From contig NW_002060954.1 in assembly GCF_000150275.1 (NCBI RefSeq), positions 1,488,001 through 1,552,000 of the forward strand: a DNA stretch of 64,000 nucleotides. Direction: 5' to 3'. The DNA comes from Trichoplax adhaerens (lineage: Eukaryota > Animalia > Placozoa). Of the stretch, positions 54,429-64,000 are shown in pieces. The notes under the pieces are model-generated. The model had not been told where the DNA came from. It searched no databases and saw only the letters and a program-made list of their open reading frames with translations. Both the position numbers and the translations under genes were made by a program. Position 1 is the stretch's first letter. Every line of letters starts with the position of its first letter.

Positions 54429-55849
54429 TTATAACATAGTATTAGTTAGAGACTGATAAAGACCTCCTAACCACCAATTAGCAGTCGATGATCCAAATGA
54501 AGAACATGCGTGCTTGGTGCTATAACCTTTATAATGACCAAAGTCTGATTCTTGATGTGATGGACTGGAATCTGGAAATTTATAGCGCCCACAGTAATTA
54601 ACCGAATGAGATGCTAAAAATGTTGGATGATAATTAGTACTTGCCCAAAATGGGAGATAGCATTTGACACAAGCATAGCCTCGAACGATCACATAATTGA
54701 AATTTCGGCAATAGTATTGACGAATAAGGACTATATTGGCATTGACCATATTGTTACGCATATAATCATTACGTTCGATATCTTTCGTTATATTCTGAGC
54801 GTAGTCATTAAAATTGCACGTTGTTCTCCAGTGACTTGTAGTGTTAAGTTTGCTAATAGTTAGCATATTTGGCGCTGTCATTCTATAAACTGACCAATGT
54901 GGAGGTTCAGTATCATCATAGGGAGCATTGATATAATACGGACGTTGGGAACGCCAAGCGTTCGACACCTTGGAGCCCCAAACTCCAATATTGCGATCAA
55001 ATGATTCAATGAGTGTCCATACAAATAGAGCATCACTTTTAAAATCGCAATAAACATGATAAGGGGAATTTCTTTCGTTAAATATAGTATAAACGCCATT
55101 TTCTTTGATTGATGGTCTGATATATTTGATCTCTAAGCAACTTTTGGGTTTTAATCCGTTATAAAGCTGCAGGATAAACCAGCATCGAGAAAGAAGAGTG
55201 AGGAAGAAATATTTATAGCAAAAATAATTTGGAATTATAATAAATAGAAAAATTAGCTATTCTGTAGTCTAATGTTATCTTTTGTGATTTATGATGTTAA
55301 TGTACAGAACAATATATTTTGTAGCTGGGGTAGAAAATTTCAATCCAATTTCTTCGTATACGCAGCTACAAAACTGTGTCGTTTATGTTCTAGTATTTGC
55401 TCTACAATTACTAACTACCATTTATAGTAACTACAGTATCTCTAGCAATATATTAATCACCTTATGAAATCAGTAATAATGGAATTAGGGGAAGGAAACA
55501 ATGAAGTTTACCTTGATCATTCTATTTTAACGACTCATTGCAATTATTATATTAAGTATATAATATTTACGGGATGCACAGTATATTATACAATAATTAT
55601 TATATTAGATTGCAAACATAAAATGGTAACTTAAATCTCATGTTAATTATTAGTATTCAGTAATTGCATCAATAAACGAATATACTGTAGTCCGTATAAG
55701 ACTAATTAAAAAGTTTAAATGACCTACTTTATATCAATGTCTACAGCTTGAAAATAAAAGTTATTAACCATTCTATTCAAGAAGTCACTCTTTCCAGGAA
55801 CCGCAGGGATAATGACAAAGATTAGTGCTAGGGCTACTAAACTTTTCAT
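54429..55849 (-). CDS. Secreted fibrinogen-related/intelectin-like protein, array copy 8 (subfamily D); exons 55769-55849 and 54429-55166, 272 aa
   Basis: Signal exon MKSLVALALIFVIIPAVPGKSDFLNRM|GTTAAT, then a pyrimidine-rich acceptor cctgcag and LYNGLKPKSCLEIKY...VYCDFKSDALFVWTLIESF, in frame with ORF 54429-54968. Confidence 0.82.
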
Positions 55850-57082
55850 GTTTCTTGATCGTTAGTGAAAGATATCGATATGCAGCACAAATATATAAGA
55901 TTAGATGATAACCCGCTATCTAGCAAATATCAATAAGCAAAAACATTAAATGAAGGTGAAGAATTACGGAAGGAACAATTTATTCGCATATTTCATAGGA
56001 GTTCGGTAACAAGTTGGACTGAATCATATATGCCTTCGTATGGGTGTATTAATATTTTTCATAAATAGAACATTCCATTATTATATAGACTAAGGGACAT
56101 GGTAATACAGAACCAACTAATTTTAACGTATTATTTTACTTCGCGATGCATTAGAGGTGACAGTAAACAAGAATAATTTACTCCGTATGCTCAGAACGGC
56201 CACTGGTGATGATTAAAAGTTCTTTTATATCTATTTAAATCGACGGGAGTGAATTCCCTTGTCGCCGTCATCGGCATCGGTGTCAGAGCTCATTATCGGC
56301 GTATAAATTAATTTATTGTAGTTACTGCACAATATTAAATAGTGCGAGTTGTTTACTTTGTTATTTCATGAACTTAGCAGTACATTTGTATTGGAGGACT
56401 GCAAAAAAATTAATTTTCGTTCATTTTTTGAAGTCATTGTTATGTCAGCGATAGTCTGATAAAAGAACTCACTTATAATTTTAAGTGCCTACAGCTATAT
56501 AGCAAAAATATATCATATATGGAGGAATAAGTTCCTTAATTACACATAAAATTATAAGCCTAACGCCTCCCTCAACAACAGAGACGTATCATTAAAGATC
56601 AGGCACGACTATCAGATAGTAGTTTACTCTTGGATGTCTATTTCGAACTAAAAAATTTCTTTATTTCATAAATGCACATGTATGTATACATAGTAAGATA
56701 CGCAGGTTTACATTAGCAAATTTTAGCTATAGCATATTATCTAAGGTATCTATTAGGTATCTAAACAGTTCAATAATAGATAAGCATTATATACCCACAT
56801 ATTTAATCGTAAAGCAAAGTTTTGAAAGCAAGTTATAGGTTCTATTCAATTTAATTGCAAAATCTTAAGGTAAGAAAGACTATCAATTCACTAATAGTTT
56901 ACGATGGTGCATACGATTATCATAATTAAATTAGAATGACCAAAATGAGTAAACTACTAGTAAGCTTCATTTATCTAACCAACATGATGAAGGTGTAACT
57001 GGATATCGATAGTCATTGCGTACGATATTGGTTGATAATAGGTACATCTAAGTACATTCACTAATACTTTAAGGTTTATTAG

Positions 57083-58560
57083 TTACAACATGGTGTGGGT
57101 TTGAGGTTCATAAAGACCTCCCAACCACCAGTTTGCTGTCGATGATCCATAAGAAGAGCATGTATGCTTAGTACTGTAACCATTATAGTGACCAAAGTCT
57201 GATTCTTGATGCGATGGAACAGCACCAGGAAATTTATAACGTCCACAATACTTAGTCGTATGGGACGCTAAAAATGTCGGATGATAACTAGTGGATGCCC
57301 AGAACGGGAAATAACACCTGACACAAGCATTGCCTCGGACAATCACATAGTCAAATTGATGGCAACCAAATGAATACAAGTAGACTATATTGAGGTCACA
57401 GATATTATTTCGCATATAGTCATTACGTTCGATATCTTTAGTTAGATTCTGAGCATATTCGTTAAAGTTACAGGTTGCTCTCCAATGAGTTGTAGTGTTA
57501 ATTGAATTAATAGTTCGCATGTTTGCTAATGACATTCTAAAAGCTGACCAATGTGCAGGATTGTTTTCATTGTATGGAGCATTGACAGTATAGCTACGTT
57601 GGAAACGCCAGGCGTTCGGAAGCTTGGAGCCATAAACACCAATATTACGATCAAATGATTCGATTAGAGTCCATACAAATGGAGCATCACTTTTGAAATC
57701 GCAATAAGCATGATAGGCAGCATTTTTACTATCGTATATAATGTAAATGCCGTTTGTATTGATTTCCGGGTTGATATATTTGATCTCTAAGCAACTTTTG
57801 GGCTTCAATCCTTTATAGGGCTATAGATTATGATAAACCAGAGATTAAGAAAAGAGAAGAATGAGAATATATGTTTATAAAGGTAATAGATTTTAAAATT
57901 TTCATAAACTCAAAATAAAGTAGGCAGTGGAGATGCTTATTCTGCTGTCTATATTAAGTACTATCTGCTTTATTTTATCAACTCATATAGTGTAGAAGCA
58001 GTGTAGAGATTTAATACAATTTGTAGAAGTAAGATAAAATCATTCCTTATCGTACTTTTTAGAATTACTGATCGGCTGTTAGCTCTAATTATCCCTTACC
58101 ATACCGGTATTAATTATAGAGTTGAGTAGTATTGAAAATAGCGAGAATATATTAAGAACGTATTATAGCACATTACCATACAATAATTATCGATAACTTT
58201 TACTTAAATAATTCACTTATAGTTGCATTTCAATATTAAACATATGTATGCTCTAGTAGATACAAAATCGTACGGATATGGTATCCTTATTTGATGTCTT
58301 ATTTAAATAAGTTTAGTCATATCTTAAATAAGTTTAGAATTGTAGCTTTAATTATTTTGTAATTTTATTAAGGTTAGGTAAATTTCGTTAGTAGACGAAA
58401 GTGACTAAAGAAAGGTTAATTTCAAGCTAGCGTCATGCCTCTTTAGTAATATAGTAGATTACAGTTTAGAAATTAAACTAACCAACTTTTCGTCGAGTAC
58501 TTCACCAAATGCTGCATGAATGACGATGGAGAGTAAGGCCAGGATCAACAAATTCTTCAT
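57083..58560 (-). CDS. Secreted fibrinogen-related/intelectin-like protein, array copy 9 (subfamily D); exons 58483-58560 and 57083-57820, 271 aa
   Basis: Signal exon MKNLLILALLSIVIHAAFGEVLDEKL|GTTAGT, then acceptor tctatag and PYKGLKPKSCLEIKY... Confidence 0.85.
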
Positions 58561-60935
58561 TTTTCGTAATAGTTAGCAAAAATTACCAATACTTAAATGA
58601 ATAGGATTGGCTTTATTTGACGAGAGGTAACGAACAACAAGATGAATTATAGACAACTAAACATAAAATTATGCTATCAGAAATAGCCTATTTCTTTATT
58701 TAATAGCAAGATCAAGTTTGTCTGTGTTATAAATACTACTATATGAGTGCTATAATTTTCATGAGATAGAAGATTATAGTATAGGCTGGCGCAGTGTAAC
58801 AATACAATGGCACTATTTCTTACACATTAAGCTCTTCATGACGGACAGTAAAATAAATAAATAAAATTCTATGGGATGGATGCGAAAATAGCCATCGATT
58901 ATGAATGACTACACTTCTTTTGTTACATTTTGGATCAACGGGTGTCTATTCCCTCGTCGCTCGTGTCATGGCCATCAGCAGAATAATTAACTAGAACTGG
59001 CCTTATTATTATTGTACTTGCGATGGGAACTTGTTTATTAAACTAATTCACGCTGATTATCATAGAAAACTCATACATTAAAGGAGTCTTAGTGCATATT
59101 TTCTATACCAGTTACATCACATAAAATTTTTGACGAACCGTTCCGGATGCTGATAACTCTAACCCATTAAGTGTTCAATGTGTTCATGCAACATCTACTA
59201 AATTAAGGGTTGTAATACGGAATAGCATTTGATTCATGTATTTAAGTAAATATGATCAACAACATAAACGAATTATTTATGTCGATAATCATGTACATAC
59301 AGCGCTAGACTTGGATATATAATTGTGAGGATAACAAACATGCCCGATAATATTTCATAGATCCATTACTATATTGGCAAATTTTATTCTCTTCAATTTA
59401 TATTGTTAAATTACGTGTGGCAATTCTATTAACGAATTTTAGTGGAAGTATACAGATTCACAACTGTAATTTTTTGTAATTATAAGTCTAACGTTAGAGC
59501 TAACGGTGTTCTGCCATATGAAATATAAAATATAATAATTACTGTGGGTGCAAATATGTCCTCAAATGATGAGGTAGTGCAATTTCCGAACGCAAATTTT
59601 TGCACGCATTGTATCAGTATTTTGACCTAGAAAATTATCTCCGTTATCGATTCCTAGTTTTGTTGCTGGCATAATTGTTAAAATTGTATGTTACTCTTCA
59701 ACCCCTAGGTCATGTAAATTTATTCATGGTTTTATACATTAGTTGGTAAAAATGAATAAGCTTCCCGGTATGAGTTTGACGTTGATTTGAAGGAGCATTG
59801 ATGATATAAAGATGTATCATCTCTTAAGTGGAATTTGATCAATGAGAGCCCCAGACTCTGTAATTACGATGAAGGATACGAATAAATGTTCAAATGCATA
59901 TCACATCATTCTTGAAATTGTAATAAACTAAGCAAACGATTTTGGCAGGTGTAAATTCTATATGCATTATTTTATTGATCTTAGGACTGAGATATTTGAT
60001 CCTTGATCAAGTTTTAAGCTTTGGCTTCTCTAAAACTCTGCTTGAAAAGTAAAATACGTATATTAATTAAAGTGCGTGAAGTATCCTTTACATCTAGTCT
60101 ATTAGAATAGAAAGCGATTTCATGGTTGTTCGTGTGTACTTGCTGTATTCAGAATTTATATGCTACACTATGTTACTGCGATAGAAAGAATTCATGAATT
60201 AATTAAAGGTGAAAGTAAGGTCTTAGTTTAATCTTCCTTAATAGAGTAATCGATGATAGGAGACTGACCAATGATTGCTCTAGCTACTTATCAATTTATG
60301 GTTTATATGATACTATTACATATTTTCTATGGGAGTTACATACTGACTATACTATTAGCAAAAGATGTATTCTGTGAGTAGAAGATTTATCATTTAGGAG
60401 TCTAAATTTTAAAATCTGAAAACAAACGATTAGTATAGAAGTTTCTTTAAATGCAGATATACCAAGTAAATCCACGTTCTACATATTCTAAATATAGTTA
60501 GTCGTGAATGTCTGTTTTTAAAGTTTACACTTTTTATTTCAAAGTGCCTGCAAGTAAATAGGTCAATAAAGATAAATGAAGTTATATCAAACAATTCAGT
60601 CAACGGTACCCAATTTACCTAAGTTATTTTATCGGGTTATTATGCAATCTAACAGTAAATAACAACCATATATTTATCATGGTATTTTGTATATTGAATG
60701 CGATTATAATTATTGGTTTTACTGAATTTAATTCTAAAATCTTATAACAGGAAAGGCTACAGTTTTACTAAAGATCATGGTGCTACATGTGTTGATCAAA
60801 TTCAAATCATTCTACTAACAGCATCTAGCATCTAGCTAACTTAATGATGTGACAGGATAGTACCCGCACACGATATAGTTTAGCATACAGTACATATACC
60901 TATTTTTGCTAATACTATACTTTAAAACTGATTAA

Positions 60936-62384
60936 TTACAACATAGTATGAGTTTGAGGTTCATAAAGGCCTCCTAACCACCAGTTTGCAGTCGATGATC
61001 CGTAAGAAGAACATGCATGCTTGGTGCTATAACCATTATAATGGCCAAAGTCTGATTCTTGATGAGATGGATTAGATTCAGGGAATTTATATCGTCCACA
61101 ATAGTTAACCGTATGGGAAGCCAAAAACGTCGGATGATAATTACTGGCTGCCCAGAAAGGGAAATAACATCGGACACAAGAATACCCTCGAACACTTACA
61201 TAATCAAACTGATGACAAGCAAACGAATATGTATACACTATATTGAGATCGCATATATTATTGCGAAGATAGTCATCACGATTGATATCTTTAGTAAGAT
61301 TCTGAGCATAGTCGTTAAAGTTGCAGGTTACTCTCCAATGGGTTGTTGTATTGACTGAATTAATTGATCGCATCCTTACCAAAGGCATTCTGAAAGCTGA
61401 CCAATTTTCAGGTTGATCATCGTTATGCGGAGCATTGGTGGTATATGGACGTTGGAAATGCCAAGCATTCGGAATCTTGGAGCCCCAAACACCAATATTG
61501 CGGTCAAATGATTCAATTAGTGTCCATACAAACGGAGCATCACTTTTAAAGTCACAATAAGCCTTATAGGCCACATTAGTGCTGCCATATATAGTATAAA
61601 TGCCGTTTTCATTAATTGATGGGTTGATATATTTGATCTCTAAACAGCTTTTGGGTTTTTTTCCTCCGTAAGGCTATAGATTAAGCGATATTTGAAGAAG
61701 AGTCAGTAAGCATGAATATTCGTAAGAGATAATTGACTAAAATTTTAGTAAGCTAAAGAAAGTACGTGATAAAAGATTATACCTAGCTACTCTACTATCA
61801 GCATTATCTGTTGTTGCAATTATTAAATCAACACATATAAAGTAAGAAGATCCAATAGAATTGATAGGAGTGTATAGGTACTTTTATATTGTTTCTTAAA
61901 ATAATTTAATAACTGTCCATAAAGGTAATCCTTCGTTATATACAAATAATAATTCTAAAGTAGAGAAGGGTAATGCTAAAGGACGACTGAATTAAGATTG
62001 TACGGTAATTAAAGACAGTAAAACATGGCACTTCTCGCTGATCTTTACTAAAAACTCAGCTAGTGTTTATCCTATTGAAAAATATACGATATACGAAAGC
62101 ATATCTATATTCTATGCTGTGCTTTTTTACCATCATTGTTAAATAGTTTGCTATTACTTCAGAGAATTTAGAAACTTAGCTTTAAAAATTTTACAGCAAA
62201 GATCAACTTCAAAAGTAACTCATAACATTGACAATTCAGCGACTTAAGTTTAATCTTAAAATAAAATGATATTTTAAGCTAACAATTACAATATACGAAA
62301 AAAACTGACCAATTCGTTCGATAGTGTACCAATAGCGGCATGAATGATGACAGAAAGCAAAGCTAGTGTTAACAGATTCTTCAT
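60936..62384 (-). CDS. Secreted fibrinogen-related/intelectin-like protein, array copy 10 (subfamily D); exons 62310-62384 and 60936-61673, 270 aa
   Basis: Signal exon MKNLLTLALLSVIIHAAIGTLSNEL|GTCAGT, then acceptor tctatag and PYGGKKPKSCLEIKY..., in frame with ORF 60936-61574. Confidence 0.85.
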
Positions 62385-62720
62385 TTTCTTAATTATTTTT
62401 TGCAAAAATATCGGCACGTAAATGGGAACGATCGGACGTTGGCACTATTTAGACCAGGACTACCAATTAAGAAGACTATCCAAAAACGATGTTATCGGAA
62501 ACTGTCTACTGTAAGTACTTTTGTACTGAGCTGAGCTTTGCTAGTTTTCATAAAATAGAGAATTAGACCGTAGGCTAATGCAATATAATGCGACAATGTC
62601 TGCTGTTTTTACGCAATGCGTAAACTCGCCATGATGCATATTAAAATAAATAAATGTTATTCTATACTATACATGCGAAAATAGCCATTATAACTATAAT
62701 CCTTTTTGATGTAATGTAGG

Positions 62721-62750
62721 TCAACGGGTGTCTATTCCCTTAGCGTCGCC
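62721..62750 (-). promoter_or_regulatory. Conserved upstream motif of subfamily D genes
   Basis: TCAACGGGTGTCTATTCCCT is identical at 58935-58954 and 62721-62740. A variant, TCGACGGGAGTGAATTCCCT, occurs at 56240-56259. Each is followed by GTCGC and lies ~340-410 bp upstream of the ATG. Confidence 0.6.
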
Positions 62751-64000
62751 TTCACCGCTGGTAGAATTAGTCAATTATCCCTATTTTAATCTTCATTATT
62801 ATAGCATCTACAGTAGGGACTTGTTTGTTAAACTGACTCATGCCGATTATTATCTTAAAAAGGAAGGGCCGTACATTAAGGCTGTACTTACCAAAATGTA
62901 TATTTTATTCTAATGAATGCAATGACACTATATTAAAATTTCTAACGGGGCATTTTGATTAATAATAATTCTAAACAGCTAAGTATCAACCCAGCAACAG
63001 CTATGGTAATGTACTGTAATTTACTTTACTTCTCTAGCTTTCTTATTGATGCATCTAAACTCTATAGCATTTTACTACTATACCAGTACCGTACGTGTAA
63101 TTTCGTTAAATGAATACGGGCTTACTTTTTATAGTGTTATGCAGAACGAAAGGCTTTTGGCGTACAATTATTTTTTGCCTTACATTATATAGATTGTAAT
63201 ACTCTTAACTTGTGTACGAATAATACTAATATTAAAAGTAGCTTCTTATTGTATTTCGTGATGGTTTAATAAAAAATTGCAAAAAATAAGGATTTTAACA
63301 AACTATTACTGAATTTAAGCTTAAGGATACATATGTATTTAGTATTTACATTGATACTCGCATATATATGTACTGAAAAGTACATATACACACACGCAAG
63401 AAAAAATTATTTTAATATATATAGATTAATAACTTCATCTATTAAAGATCCATAATTGATCGGCACAAGTATTTTAATCTATTTTCACTTATGAATTACT
63501 ATCGTAGTCATTTTATATTTCCTGAACTATAATTTTAAATACTAACATTTTAAATATGATACTATACTTGCATTGTAGAAATTCTAGTACCGGACGCTAT
63601 ATAACAGACACGCACAATGTCTTTTATACACGTATTACCGTAGTATACGTCAGAAGATAGATGATATAGAAAATTTAAATAAACTTATTATCGAATATGT
63701 ACGTTTTAATGCAAAAAACTTTTTTAAGCGATAAAATATGGATATAGATAATTTGATAAAAATATAAGTTGATTTCTGGCTGCGATATACTATTTGTTAT
63801 TGTAACGTGCAGTACACAACACAGTAAAGTTAAAACTGCATTTACTATAGATATTTTATTTATGATTGCAGTATCAATAAAAACTATATGTTTTGAAGCA
63901 TTCTTATTACTTTGTTTAAATTTAACTCAAAAATCATGTATGAAGAATAAGCAATTGCAGTGTTCATCTTAGGTAATGCTCGCAGTAACTAAAATTAAAA

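Noticed and set aside
28178-61358. Short ORFs overlapping the array genes in other frames or on the opposite strand (e.g. 28401-28589, 41713-41943, 54627-54863, 61059-61358)
   Set aside because: They are shadow ORFs of the real coding exons and are not conserved between paralogues.
1-64000. CRISPR arrays, prokaryotic operons or defence systems, tRNA/rRNA genes, U12-type introns
   Set aside because: The DNA is spliceosomal eukaryotic sequence. I saw no repeat-spacer array, no cloverleaf or rRNA signature, and no RTATCCTT donor at the exon boundaries I resolved.

Overview
AT-rich eukaryotic (animal) genomic DNA with many short GT-AG introns. The style suggests an early-branching metazoan such as a placozoan (Trichoplax-like), which is inference only. 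The window has three parts. (1) ~1.2-13.0 kb (+): a multi-exon TBC1D32/BROMI (broad-minded) ciliary gene with an RFX X-box-like promoter site. (2) ~16.3-24.7 kb (+): a multi-exon DNA topoisomerase IB (TOP1) gene. Its first-exon region is tandemly duplicated and flanked by dense TACAGTA/TACTGTA clusters, and a Helitron-like 3' end lies upstream. (3) ~28.1-62.4 kb (-): a head-to-tail array of genes for secreted, ~270-278 aa, Cys/aromatic-rich single-domain proteins. They carry a fibrinogen-related/intelectin-type N-terminal motif (SCxxI...NGxYxI...(V/A)YCDF...WTL) followed by a divergent core (HWRATCNF, DYxR, RGxxCxxC, Ex(N/D)FG, TxNWWxGG). I find 9 apparently intact genes, 1 frameshifted pseudogene and 1 5' fragment in four subfamilies. 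The array shows birth-and-death evolution, a recent gene-conversion-like tract, two exon architectures, correlated cysteine loss and shared COE/EBF-like upstream motifs. Most other short ORFs in the track are antisense or intronic noise.
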